This document shows, piece after piece, positions 10,969 through 20,712 of a stretch of 48,552 bases of DNA. Numbering within the stretch: the first letter of the stretch is position 1; each line of letters opens with the position of its first letter. This DNA comes from an uncultured archaeon (GTDB lineage Archaea; Asgardarchaeota; Lokiarchaeia; Sigyniarchaeales; SOKP01). Under the pieces are notes generated by a model. The model was not told the DNA's origin. It saw only the letters and a list, made by a program, of their open reading frames with translations, and ran no database searches. Both the position numbers and the translations under genes were made by a program. The DNA lies in NCBI GenBank assembly GCA_964447495.1, contig CAYUTF010000019.1:1-48552 (forward strand). Reading direction: 5' to 3'.

Positions 10969-11595
10969 TTAGATTTGAAATTCGAATTCTCTTAATTTTT
11001 GAAGAACTAATTTTTGGATTTTGTCTTGGACGAATTCAATAATATCATTTGAATTTATAACAAAATATTTCTCTTTTTTGGCACGTTCAAGATAAAGAGC
11101 TCTTACTTTGTCTAAAAAGGGAGTATCCTCAAATTTTTCTAAATCTTGTTGTGTTTTTCGTGCTAATGAAATTTTCGGATCGATATCCAAAATTATTGTT
11201 AAATCGGGGAGTCCTACAAATTTATTTATACTTTTTACCCAATCTATCGTAATCAAATCCGATTGCAGAGATTGATAAATAATGGATGATTCAATATATC
11301 TATCAGAGATAACTATGTATCCTTGATCTAATTTTTCCTTAATTTCGCCATGATAATGGAGGTTTCGATCAGCAGCAAACAATAATGCATCTGTTATAGG
11401 AGGAATTTTTTTATCTTTTAAATATTTTCTAATTAAGAGCCCTATTTCACTATTAGATGGCTCTCGAGTTAAATATGCTTTGAATCCTTTTGCTTCTAAA
11501 AATCCTTTAAGTAGATTACTGTGTGTAGTAGTTCCACTCCCATCTATTCCATCTAATACAAGAAACATTGATTTATGATTCAATTTTAGCAACAA
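10969..11595 (-). CDS. tmk: Thymidylate kinase
   Basis: DGIDGSG P-loop, TREPS, LLFAADR, ISDRY..SS..YQ and PDL.IILD. Confidence 0.92.
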   Translation of the reverse strand: MLLKLNHKSMFLVLDGIDGSGTTTHSNLLKGFLEAKGFKAYLTREPSNSEIGLLIRKYLKDKKIPPITDALLFAADRNLHYHGEIKEKLDQGYIVISDRYIESSIIYQSLQSDLITIDWVKSINKFVGLPDLTIILDIDPKISLARKTQQDLEKFEDTPFLDKVRALYLERAKKEKYFVINSNDIIEFVQDKIQKLVLQKLREFEFQI

Positions 11596-11794
11596 TTCTT
11601 TTTTTATTATGATAGAATTTAATAGAGAAATATTGTTAAGATTACTTTAAATCATTAATTATTTCCTTCGAAATAATAATAAAGAAGCGCTTTTTTAATA
11701 TGTTACTCAAATTTGACTAAAGAAAATTATATTTAAGTAATCATAATCATATAATTAGTATTAAATAATTAAGTAAAATTTGTAGTCAAAAAAG

Positions 11795-12166
11795 ATGGCA
11801 ACAAGAAATCCTACGGGATATTGCCCAAGATGTGGCCAAGATGTCCTTTTAACGAGAAAAGATATTGATTGGGGTATAGCAATTTTACTATTATGCTTTA
11901 CCGGGGGTATTGGTTTAATAATCTATTTAGTAATTTATTATTCAAAACCACAGGATCGCTGTATCCATTGTAATACACATATCTTGAGTGGTTCGTCACA
12001 ATATTCTCAACCTAGTCAAATATCCCAAAATAAATCAATTTCATCTAAGGATCTTCAAAAAGTAGAGCATTTTGAAAGTGAACAACCTAAATACTGTCCC
12101 TTTTGTGGAGAACAATTGAAGTCTTCTAATGTGAAATTCTGCTCACACTGTGGAACAAAAATATAA
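11795..12166 (+). CDS. LITAF-like membrane-associated zinc-ribbon protein with C-terminal zinc ribbon
   Basis: CPRC, a hydrophobic hairpin, then CIHC, followed by CPFCG...FCSHCG. Confidence 0.7.
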   Translation: MATRNPTGYCPRCGQDVLLTRKDIDWGIAILLLCFTGGIGLIIYLVIYYSKPQDRCIHCNTHILSGSSQYSQPSQISQNKSISSKDLQKVEHFESEQPKYCPFCGEQLKSSNVKFCSHCGTKI

Positions 12167-12181
12167 TTTATAGCGACAATT

Positions 12182-12400
12182 TTAGAAATATAATCTGGTA
12201 CGAATGCTAAATAAATGTTTTTCATCGATTGAATAAATATTGAACTTGTTTTCTTTTCTAAGATGGTTCTTTTCTCTTGAAAGGATTTTTAGAACCCGAA
12301 AGTAGATTCTATTATTATCGATCCACATTCTATCTACTAAAATGTTAAGTTCTCCTTTTGTTCCTTGACCATAAACTTGGAACGAATTTAATGCTTCCAT
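12182..12400 (-). CDS. Small hypothetical protein
   Basis: ATG 12400 (MEALNSF) is preceded by a GAGGA SD-like sequence. 72-aa beta-rich pattern. Confidence 0.55.
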   Translation of the reverse strand: MEALNSFQVYGQGTKGELNILVDRMWIDNNRIYFRVLKILSREKNHLRKENKFNIYSIDEKHLFSIRTRLYF

Positions 12401-12603
12401 TGTGAATCCTCTAAGCTTTTTTTTATAGTTATTTTTTAAATATAAATTATTTGAACTACACATTTTTTAGTATATTACTAATCTTGAAAGGGTAACTTCC
12501 CTTCAATAAACATTGGACTAAAGATCATTTTAGTATCGATTACCCTATATTAAACTTAAGGATTATAACCATATAAAATTGAAAAATAATAGAGGTAAGT
12601 TAA

Positions 12604-12969
12604 ATGAGTACCATGTACTGTGAGAAATGTCAAACTAATGTTTTGACCAAAAGAGAGGATCTTGATATTGGGATTATAATCATTCTATTCATTTTTACGG
12701 CAGGTTTAGGGGTTTTAATATACCTTGTGGTGTATTATGATAAAAATTCAAATCGATGTATCCACTGCAACTCAATTTGTAAACCAGTTTTGCTTGAAAA
12801 TCAAATTAATAAAATTGTTGAACCAATTAAAGAGCCTCTTAGTGATATGGAACTAAATATCACTGAAAATAGGAATAATAAAGAATCTAAGTTCTGTTAT
12901 AATTGTGGAACCAAATTGGATGAGAGAGAGAGAAAATTCTGTCCTTTCTGTGGTGTAAGTGTAGAATAA
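12604..12969 (+). CDS. LITAF-like zinc-ribbon membrane protein, paralog of 11795-12166
   Basis: CEKC, a hydrophobic hairpin, CIHC and FCYNCG...FCPFCG. GAGGT SD upstream. Confidence 0.7.
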   Translation: MSTMYCEKCQTNVLTKREDLDIGIIIILFIFTAGLGVLIYLVVYYDKNSNRCIHCNSICKPVLLENQINKIVEPIKEPLSDMELNITENRNNKESKFCYNCGTKLDERERKFCPFCGVSVE

Positions 12970-12988
12970 ATTTTTCCATTTCCATATT

Positions 12989-13897
12989 CTATACTTCTTT
13001 TTTTTTTAAAATTTTCATAAACTCATAAAAATAGGTATATGAATTTTCAAAATGAGTATCATCTTTAGAATATTCTAATGCTTGAGTGAATAAATCATTA
13101 AATCTCTTTTTATCTTTATTTTCAATTATAGTTCTAAATTCTCCAATAATTTTTTCCAAATTTACAAGTACTTTATGAAATTCAGGATTTTCCATTTGAA
13201 TTTCTCCGAACATTTCCATTTCTCTTTGAATTATACTCTCGGCAAACACTTTTTGAAGTAAAAAAGTTGTACCAGTAAACTGGGTTAATTCATTTAGCGG
13301 TTCATTGGATCTTTTTAATAAATTTAAAAACAGGATATTTAACATATGAGGAAGGCCCAGAGTTAATGCAATTTTTCTATCATGCATATCCGGTGTCGTT
13401 TCTATTATAACTAATCCATCTGATTTAAACAATTTAAGTAATTCATTTACAAGACTATTATAATTCTTTGTACCATCAATTTTTAATAAGAGCAGTATGT
13501 AATTTTGCATATTTTTTATTCCTGGACCAAACATAGGATGAAGAGATAGGCAATTAATAGGATATTTAATTAATTCCTCTTTATAGATTTGCGAAATATC
13601 AGACTTTAATGAAGCGATATCGCATATCAATGCATCTTTTTTTAAATGGGGTGTAACCTTTTTTATAACTTCACCGGTTGAGGTTATTGGAACCGATATC
13701 ATTACAATATCGGCACTTTTAACACTCTTTTCAAGCGATATCTCAAAATTTATTCCTAATTTTTCAGCGACGTGCTTCAATTTAGCGCGATCACGTGCAT
13801 TAATTGTGACTTCAAATCCATGACTCTTAAAATATCGTGAGAAAACAATACCCATTCCTCCAGAGCCACCTATAATGGTTAAATTTTTACCTAACAT
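12989..13897 (-). CDS. tyrA: Prephenate dehydrogenase
   Basis: IIGGSGGMG, SVPI, DIASLK, HPMFGP and HD...A....LPH. Confidence 0.9.
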   Translation of the reverse strand: MLGKNLTIIGGSGGMGIVFSRYFKSHGFEVTINARDRAKLKHVAEKLGINFEISLEKSVKSADIVMISVPITSTGEVIKKVTPHLKKDALICDIASLKSDISQIYKEELIKYPINCLSLHPMFGPGIKNMQNYILLLLKIDGTKNYNSLVNELLKLFKSDGLVIIETTPDMHDRKIALTLGLPHMLNILFLNLLKRSNEPLNELTQFTGTTFLLQKVFAESIIQREMEMFGEIQMENPEFHKVLVNLEKIIGEFRTIIENKDKKRFNDLFTQALEYSKDDTHFENSYTYFYEFMKILKKKEV

Positions 13898-13899
13898 TT

Positions 13900-14760
13900 T
13901 TAGTGTACCAAATTTTCACTGATTATTTTTTTCATTAAATCTTTATTCGGTGTTTTATTTGTCCACCATTTAAAAGCTAAAGCTCCTTGATTTACTAGCA
14001 TTTCTAATCCATTTAATGTTTTACATCCAATTTCTTTAGCGTCTTTTATAAGTCGAGTCTCTAAAGGATTATAAAGCAAATCAAAAACAAATAGGTCTTT
14101 ATGTAATATTTCTTTTGGTACGACAGATTCATTTATATAAGGATACATCCCAACCGGAGTCGCATTTATTAGTATATCTGCTGTTTCTATTTCTATACCT
14201 AATATTTTTTTGTTTAATTTGCCAGCCCAAATAGTAGTTTTAAAGTCTTTTTTTAACCTATTAGCTAATTTCACAGCATTCTGCTCTGTTTTATTAAGTA
14301 TAGTTAATTTATTAACGTTCTGTATAAGAGCATAGGAGATTGCTTTCGCAGCACCTCCTGAACCTATCAAGAGCACATCTTTTCCTGAAAAGTTTATTCC
14401 AGCATTATTTATGGCTTGAATAGCTCCCTCAGCATCGGTATTTTTACCAAGAAAAAGATCATCATCCAACTTAATAGTATTAACTGCTCCAATTTTTTCA
14501 GCCAGACTGTCAATTCTATCTAAATAGGGCATTACTTTTTCCTTATAGGGGATAGTAACGTTAATCCCTCTTACATTCAACGCTTTCAATCCTTTTATAG
14601 CACCTTTTAAATTACTTGGAGCTACATCAAACGCGATATAGGCATAATCTAAATCAAGATCTTGTAAAGCTATATTATGCATTAGGGGACTCATACTATG
14701 CGTAATTGGATGTCCTAAAATACACAGGATTTTAGTATGAGCAGTAAGTCTATTTTTCAT
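13900..14760 (-). CDS. aroE: Shikimate dehydrogenase
   Basis: HSMSP.MHN, NVTIPYK, GAVNT, NTD, GSGGAA, NATPVGM and GLEMLV.QG. Confidence 0.93.
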   Translation of the reverse strand: MKNRLTAHTKILCILGHPITHSMSPLMHNIALQDLDLDYAYIAFDVAPSNLKGAIKGLKALNVRGINVTIPYKEKVMPYLDRIDSLAEKIGAVNTIKLDDDLFLGKNTDAEGAIQAINNAGINFSGKDVLLIGSGGAAKAISYALIQNVNKLTILNKTEQNAVKLANRLKKDFKTTIWAGKLNKKILGIEIETADILINATPVGMYPYINESVVPKEILHKDLFVFDLLYNPLETRLIKDAKEIGCKTLNGLEMLVNQGALAFKWWTNKTPNKDLMKKIISENLVH

Positions 14761-14865
14761 TAGTATTTATTCAATGCAATATCAATTAATAACTATTAAT
14801 AATTTTAAGGATAAGATTCATTTATAATTATTTAGCAAATATCAGATTGAAGAGGAGAAAATGAT

Positions 14866-15423
14866 ATGGAAAAAGTTGCTTTAAGTCCTAAAGTTACTCT
14901 CTTTCCTATGCCCTCAGCTGTAATATCTGTTGGAAAGGGAAATGAAGCTAATTTAATAACTTTAGCCTATATTGGTAAGGTGTGTTTAAATCCACCGATA
15001 ATTGCGATTTCTATACAACCAATACGCCATTCTTATAAATTAATAGAATCATACAGAGAATTTGTAATAAATTACCCCTCAATAGATCAATTAAAAAACA
15101 CCGATTATTGTGGAACAAGATCAGGCAGAGATGAAGATAAATGGAAGAATTTAAATTTAACAAAAGAGGAAGCATCCATCGTTAAGGTCCCTATGATCAA
15201 AGAATTCCCCTTAAATATGGAATGTAAGGTTATTAAGAGTATTAAATTAGGTTCACACGTTTGTTATTTTGGGGAGGTAGTAGCAACCCATTGTAATAAA
15301 GAATATATTTCTAATGATAACATCGATCCAACCAAAATGAAGATATTTGCATATCTTTCAGGTAATTACATCCCTTTAGAGGATAAGATTATTGGGAAGC
15401 ATGGTTTTAGTCAGGAAGAATAA
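14866..15423 (+). CDS. Flavin reductase-like (flavoredoxin) protein
   Basis: FPMP, PPIIAISI...RHS, EFVIN, CGTRSGRD.DK, ECKV and GSH....GEV. Confidence 0.85.
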   Translation: MEKVALSPKVTLFPMPSAVISVGKGNEANLITLAYIGKVCLNPPIIAISIQPIRHSYKLIESYREFVINYPSIDQLKNTDYCGTRSGRDEDKWKNLNLTKEEASIVKVPMIKEFPLNMECKVIKSIKLGSHVCYFGEVVATHCNKEYISNDNIDPTKMKIFAYLSGNYIPLEDKIIGKHGFSQEE

Positions 15424-15444
15424 TTTTAATAAATTAATTGATAT

Positions 15445-15990
15445 TTGGAATTTTTTAAGAAAATGAAAAGAAGCTCAATAGCCCTCATCGGATTCATGGC
15501 CACTGGAAAAACAACCGTTGGAAAAGCGTTAGTTAAAAATTTAGGTGATGAATATCAGTTCATAGAAACTGATGAGTTAGTAATAAGACAAGCTGGCAAA
15601 TCAATACCTGAAATCTTTGCTGAAAATGGAGAGGATGCATTTAGACAATTTGAAGCTGAAATTTGCGAAAAAGTTTCGCTTTTAGAAAAAGTGGTAATTT
15701 CATGTGGTGGAGGCATCGTACTCAACCCGGATAACATACGTAATTTGAGAAGAAATTGTTATATTGTTTTACTTAAAGCTCCAATTCAGGAGATCTATAA
15801 CCGTGTCGTGAAAAATGGAAAAGAATCTCGTCCAATTATAAATAAAAAAGATCCATTGAGAGAAATAAAGGAGGTTTTAGAGTATAGGGAACCATTATAT
15901 GAATCTGCGGCAGAATTCACTATAAATACCTCAAATAAATCAATTAATTCAATTATCAAAGCAATAATTCAATTTTATAAAACATCTTAA
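15445..15990 (+). CDS. aroK: Shikimate kinase, bacterial AroK (NMP-kinase fold) type
   Basis: GFMATGKTT, I.EIF...GE..FR..E, SCGGG, RP and R.PLY. Probable start 15463. Confidence 0.9.
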   Translation: MEFFKKMKRSSIALIGFMATGKTTVGKALVKNLGDEYQFIETDELVIRQAGKSIPEIFAENGEDAFRQFEAEICEKVSLLEKVVISCGGGIVLNPDNIRNLRRNCYIVLLKAPIQEIYNRVVKNGKESRPIINKKDPLREIKEVLEYREPLYESAAEFTINTSNKSINSIIKAIIQFYKTS

Positions 15991-16132
15991 CATAAATTGA
16001 GATCTTAATAGGAAACTCAATTTCTAATAATATCAGATACAATAACGCAATTTTATGCTAAAACCTATATTTAAATAATCAAAAATAATGTATTTATTAT
16101 TAATAAATACTAAATAAGATGAATTTGTAAAA

Positions 16133-16303
16133 ATGACAGAATATAAAAGATTTAAATGTGCTAAATGCGGAGAAGAGAACCCACGCAAACTGCAAGAAAT
16201 ACCAGATAAAACTCAAGTCTTATACTACTCCATGCAGGGAAATCCTGTGTATAAGAAGCAAATTAAATGCGGAAATTGTGGTAATACGTTTGATAAAACT
16301 TAA
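16133..16303 (+). CDS. Unannotated 56-aa zinc-ribbon protein
   Basis: Hand translation MTEYKRFKCAKCGEENPRKLQEIPDKTQVLYYSMQGNPVYKKQIKCGNCGNTFDKT, with two CxxCG knuckles. Fills the gap before the convergent aroD. Confidence 0.8.
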   Translation: MTEYKRFKCAKCGEENPRKLQEIPDKTQVLYYSMQGNPVYKKQIKCGNCGNTFDKT

Positions 16304-16305
16304 AA

Positions 16306-17055
16306 TCAAATTCTGAAAAAATCCTTATGAATTTTTCTTATTTTTTCAATTTTTAACTGTCCTGGAGCAGTTTCTTTTTCTAATGAACCGTAAGTTAAGA
16401 ATGAGCCAAATTTAGTGCAAAAAATTCTTGAGAAAGTACCAATTGTTCCCATACAGAAAGAAATTATCCTTAAATTATTCCTATGCAAATTATTACAAAG
16501 ATTTAATGGAACTAAGTTATCTATGAACTTTTCAGCGGTAAATATCATTTTAAAAACATATTGGTCAACAATATCAAAATCTTGCATCACGATGTCTTTT
16601 AATTTATCAATAAACTTATTTAAATAATTCTGAGCATCTTCATATAAAGGAGTACTCTTTAAATCATGGTGAGAAAAGATTAACTTTACATTTTCAAGAG
16701 AAGCTAATGGTATCAATTGTTTGAGCATCTGCTCTTTAGTTTCCATTTCAAGATCTATATAATCTGGTTTTGATTTAATTAATGACTTCTGTATATCTAA
16801 TCTCTCTTTCTCATCCACTTGAAATTGCCCTCCTTCACTGAAATCTCGAAAAGTATAAATAACCGGACAATATGGCTTTATAATTTTCAATAGTGAATCG
16901 GTCAAATCGGGATTAATTGCTTCTATTTGATCGATATAATCAAATCTTAATTCAATAAAATTAGGATGGTATTTCAATGCTTTCTTAATTGTTTTTACAT
17001 TATCCTGAACATTTCCCGACTTAACAGGTAAAGATATGCAAATTTTATTATTCAT
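16306..17055 (-). CDS. aroD: Type I 3-dehydroquinate dehydratase
   Basis: IELRFD, TFR..SEGG, IDLE, SHHD...TP, FCMG..G..SRI and APGQ. Confidence 0.9.
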   Translation of the reverse strand: MNNKICISLPVKSGNVQDNVKTIKKALKYHPNFIELRFDYIDQIEAINPDLTDSLLKIIKPYCPVIYTFRDFSEGGQFQVDEKERLDIQKSLIKSKPDYIDLEMETKEQMLKQLIPLASLENVKLIFSHHDLKSTPLYEDAQNYLNKFIDKLKDIVMQDFDIVDQYVFKMIFTAEKFIDNLVPLNLCNNLHRNNLRIISFCMGTIGTFSRIFCTKFGSFLTYGSLEKETAPGQLKIEKIRKIHKDFFRI

Positions 17056-17087
17056 AATTATATGTAAGAGATAATAAAAAAATTAAT

Positions 17088-17738
17088 TTAAACTTCTAAT
17101 ATGTTAGTAATTTCTTTTTCAGTTAAGGTTAAGGTATTTTCCGCGTTGATTCGTTTGAGTAATTTTTTCTTTTTATAATATTTAATTATTGGCTTGGCAT
17201 TTTTTTCGTAAGCATCTAATCTATTTTTTAGAGTTTCTTCATTATCGTCACTTCTCTGTTCAAATTTGATTGCAGCACCACATTTATCGCATAAACCTTC
17301 GTTTTTTGGAGGTAAAGTATACTTATTATATATAGCACCACATTCCTTACAAGAATATCGCCCTAAAATTCGCTTAGTTATTATATCACGATCCACTTCT
17401 AACAATAAAAATAAATCTGCTTCAGAAATATCAGATAATGCCGTTGCTTGGGAAATTGTACGTGGAAATCCATCTAATATGTATCCATTTTTTATGACAT
17501 CATCCTTATTTAATCTATCATGCACCATATCAATTACAACAGCGTCAGGAACTAGCTCACCCTTATCCATATAACTTTTTGCTTTTTTTCCTAAAGGTGT
17601 TTCATTTTTTAAATTCTCACGGAAGATATCACCAGTACTAATATGGATGATATTTGGTAGGATTTTCTTAATTTGCGAAGAAAATGTACCTTTTCCACTA
17701 CCTGGAGGTCCGAATAGTATAAATTTTGTATTTTTCAT
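17088..17738 (-). CDS. adk: Adenylate kinase, bacterial/eukaryotic long type with zinc-binding LID
   Basis: GPPGSGKGT, HISTGDIFR, GELVPD, ILDGFPRT, CKEC...CDKC LID and RSDD. Confidence 0.92.
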   Translation of the reverse strand: MKNTKFILFGPPGSGKGTFSSQIKKILPNIIHISTGDIFRENLKNETPLGKKAKSYMDKGELVPDAVVIDMVHDRLNKDDVIKNGYILDGFPRTISQATALSDISEADLFLLLEVDRDIITKRILGRYSCKECGAIYNKYTLPPKNEGLCDKCGAAIKFEQRSDDNEETLKNRLDAYEKNAKPIIKYYKKKKLLKRINAENTLTLTEKEITNILEV

Positions 17739-17771
17739 TTTAAATCGAAAAGAGAATAGTTTTGTAATATG

Positions 17772-18665
17772 TTATGTTAAAATGTTAACTGTTAATAAAT
17801 TTTCGCTGGATACACTTTTAATCGTTTTAAGTTTCCCCTCACCATAGAGGAAAAAATCGGGTATAAGTCTTGCATTAGGCACCACAGAATATTTACTTAA
17901 GTCTGTTATGCCATGTTCAATTAAGACTTCGTCATCAATGAAGAAATTACCAGTACATTCAGTACTGGGCTCTGTTATTATATAATAAGCAGCTTCAGCT
18001 ACGATTTCAGGTTTTCTAGAATGTTTAGCAGCACTTTCACCACCTAAAAGATTTTTTACAGCCGCAGTTGCAATTGCGGTACGCGGCCATAATGCGTTAA
18101 CAGCAATTTTATCTTCTTTGAATTCTTCAGCCATACCAAGTACACACATGCTCATTCCATATTTGGATATAGTGTAAGCTACATGATGAGCAAACCACTT
18201 AGAATCGATATTGAGAGGAGGTGATAGATTTAGAATATGTGGGTTTTCCGATTTTTTTAAGTAAGGAATACATAGTTTTGAGCACATGAACGTTCCACGT
18301 ACGTTTACAGAAAACATAAGATCAAATCTTTTCATTTCTGTCTCTAAAGTAGGTGTTAAATTGATTGCACTTGCATCATTAACGACTATATCTATACCAC
18401 CAAATTCTTCTACAGTGGCATCCACTGCAGCTTGAACTTGCTCTTCAAACCGAATATCTGCAATGCAAGCAAGACCTTTACCACCTATAGCATTAATTTC
18501 CTCGACTGCTGAGAATACTGTTCCTGGCAGTTTTGGATGTGGTTCTTTAGTTTTAGCAACAACTGCAATATTAGCTCCATCTCGTGCTGCACGTAAAGCA
18601 ATTGCTTTTCCAATGCCTCTACTCGCACCGGTAATAAATAGAGTCTTATTTTTCAATATTGACAT
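17772..18665 (-). CDS. Short-chain dehydrogenase/reductase (HSDL2-like)
   Basis: TGASRGIG, PHPKLPGT, HILNLSPPL, YTISK and NALWPRT. Confidence 0.88.
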   Translation of the reverse strand: MSILKNKTLFITGASRGIGKAIALRAARDGANIAVVAKTKEPHPKLPGTVFSAVEEINAIGGKGLACIADIRFEEQVQAAVDATVEEFGGIDIVVNDASAINLTPTLETEMKRFDLMFSVNVRGTFMCSKLCIPYLKKSENPHILNLSPPLNIDSKWFAHHVAYTISKYGMSMCVLGMAEEFKEDKIAVNALWPRTAIATAAVKNLLGGESAAKHSRKPEIVAEAAYYIITEPSTECTGNFFIDDEVLIEHGITDLSKYSVVPNARLIPDFFLYGEGKLKTIKSVSSENLLTVNILT

Positions 18666-18748
18666 TAATATTTATCTTTTTTGTTTTTATTTCTAATTGT
18701 AACTGGATCTTAAATATGTCTTTTTCTTATTTTTTAAAAATATACTTC

Positions 18749-19330
18749 TCATGAAGTAAAAAAGGAATTTTCTATATGTGTAACTAGAAATTCAACTCTT
18801 TTTCTTTCTAGCAAACTAATTAATCTGCTAAAACTTGATTTAATTTTTGTTCCATAATAAGAATTACCAAAAAAAGTATTAGTATTTATGATAGTTTGCA
18901 AAATATAATCTTTATCTCCTAAATGAAGATATATTGAGAGGTCATTGATAATTAAAAAATTCGTTGGGTTTTCATTAAAAAGTTGCAATGATTTGGCTGT
19001 AATCCGATAATTATGGCAGATGTTTTCAAATAATTCTTTTCTATCTCTTGCGTTAAAACGAGGAGGAATTATTTCTCCTTCAAGAGGTAGATATTTACAT
19101 TTAAGACTCAATTTAGAAAAATCTTTTATTCTACCTCCAAATTTAATATCATTTATAGTATTTAAAGGAGGCGCAAAATCTAAAATAGTGATGTCAGCAG
19201 GATTGATAGCTTCTGATAATAAAAGGTATTCAATGAATTGAGCTGTTATATATGTTTTTTTAGTATTAGCTTCTCCATATAATAATGTATGTTGCCCTAA
19301 TGCTTTAATAAAATTCATTTCTATCTTCAT
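18749..19330 (-). CDS. Hypothetical protein with degenerate P-loop-like motif
   Basis: TLLYGEANTKKT followed by ILDFAP and IINDLSIYL. Confidence 0.55.
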   Translation of the reverse strand: MKIEMNFIKALGQHTLLYGEANTKKTYITAQFIEYLLLSEAINPADITILDFAPPLNTINDIKFGGRIKDFSKLSLKCKYLPLEGEIIPPRFNARDRKELFENICHNYRITAKSLQLFNENPTNFLIINDLSIYLHLGDKDYILQTIINTNTFFGNSYYGTKIKSSFSRLISLLERKRVEFLVTHIENSFFTS

Positions 19331-19357
19331 TATTATATCATAAAAACTTAAAATTAT

Positions 19358-19912
19358 TTAATCTGAGAATGTTTTTCTTGAAAAGCCAGAATCTTTTAAG
19401 ATTTTCAGAACTATAAACCCTAAAGCAGATCCCACAACAGAGCTCAGCATAAATAGCCACCAAAAAAATAATAGATTTGCTAATGTAAATCCTTCAATTA
19501 AAGCTGTTATAGTACCCCCAATGAATACAGTACCAACTGGTTCAGTAAAAGCAGCATATTCTACATATTTTGGATATTTCTTATTTAAGAAATAAGAGAC
19601 AATTCCTACTATAATAGCACCTGATATTCCACCATGAAAGGCATGTATCGATCCTATATTAGTTGAGAATCGAATAATCGCAATTCCTAAAGCACTAATA
19701 ATTGAAAATGATAATCCCAATAAAACTCCCGTTAGTGCATTTATAAGATGCGCAAAAGGGTTTATTCTCGTTCCCGCGATTGTGAAATACCCAAAGGGAT
19801 TGAGATAACTTAAAACTACCCCTACTGCTATAAAAATCGCAGATACTGTTATTTTTAAAACTAATTTATTTTTAAGCCTTGTAGTTTTTTCTTCTGACGC
19901 CATAAAAGCCAA
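19358..19912 (-). CDS. thiW: ECF transporter S-component, ThiW-like
   Basis: P..H.IN...GVLLG, IIR....GS..AF.G and EPVGT..IGG. Fully hydrophobic. Confidence 0.8.
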   Translation of the reverse strand: MAFMASEEKTTRLKNKLVLKITVSAIFIAVGVVLSYLNPFGYFTIAGTRINPFAHLINALTGVLLGLSFSIISALGIAIIRFSTNIGSIHAFHGGISGAIIVGIVSYFLNKKYPKYVEYAAFTEPVGTVFIGGTITALIEGFTLANLLFFWWLFMLSSVVGSALGFIVLKILKDSGFSRKTFSD

Positions 19913-20025
19913 TTTAACGTGAAATTTAAAATTTAATCCTAACTTTAATATTCATAATCAATCTATTCTAATAAATCATATAACTAATATTACTAAGAAA
20001 GTAATTTGGAAAGGAGGTAAAATAA

Positions 20026-20709
20026 TTGGTCACAATTGGAACTACAAAAATAGAACCAACAAAAATAATTTGCATTGGAACAAACTATATGGATCACATT
20101 GAAGAAACAAAACTAGATGTACCCAAAGAGCCTGTTTTATTTCCAAAGACTCCAAATTGTTTAATATTAGATAAGAACCCAATTATTTATCCTAAATGGT
20201 TATATAATGATCGTAAATATAACAGAGTTGATTATGAAGTAGAACTAGCTTTTATTATAAAAGATAAATGTAAATATGTAAAAAAAGATGACGCTAATGA
20301 ACATATCCTTGGCTATACGGTTTTTAATGATGTTACTGCAAGAAAAATGCAGGTTAAAGATATTATTTCAAAATTGCCTTGGTTTCGTTCTAAATCTCTT
20401 GATACTTTTGGTCCTATAGGTCCTATAATAAAAGAGGTCAATAAAATAAAGGATCCCCATAATCTAAAGATTGAATTAAGTGTAAATGGAGAAATTAAAC
20501 AATCATCAAATACAAGTTATTTGTTATTTAAAGTTCCTGAATTATTGGAATATATTACTAAATTTTTTACAATGGAACCGGGGGATATTGTAGCGACAGG
20601 CACTCCTAGTGGTATTGGCCCCGTTCAGCCTGGGGATATTATTGAAGCTACTATAGAAAAGATAGGAACTCTTACAAATAAGGTAATTTTAGAAGGAGGC
20701 GAAAACTAG
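20026..20709 (+). CDS. Fumarylacetoacetate hydrolase family protein (FAHD1-like), copy 1
   Basis: KIICIG.NY.DH, DYEVEL, NDVTAR, KSLDTF.P.GP and GDIVATGTP.G. Confidence 0.9.
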   Translation: MVTIGTTKIEPTKIICIGTNYMDHIEETKLDVPKEPVLFPKTPNCLILDKNPIIYPKWLYNDRKYNRVDYEVELAFIIKDKCKYVKKDDANEHILGYTVFNDVTARKMQVKDIISKLPWFRSKSLDTFGPIGPIIKEVNKIKDPHNLKIELSVNGEIKQSSNTSYLLFKVPELLEYITKFFTMEPGDIVATGTPSGIGPVQPGDIIEATIEKIGTLTNKVILEGGEN

Positions 20710-20712
20710 TTC

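Noticed and set aside
19913-20025. TPP riboswitch upstream of thiW
   Set aside because: No CUGAGA or ACCUGA core on the coding strand. The spacer is short and AT-rich.
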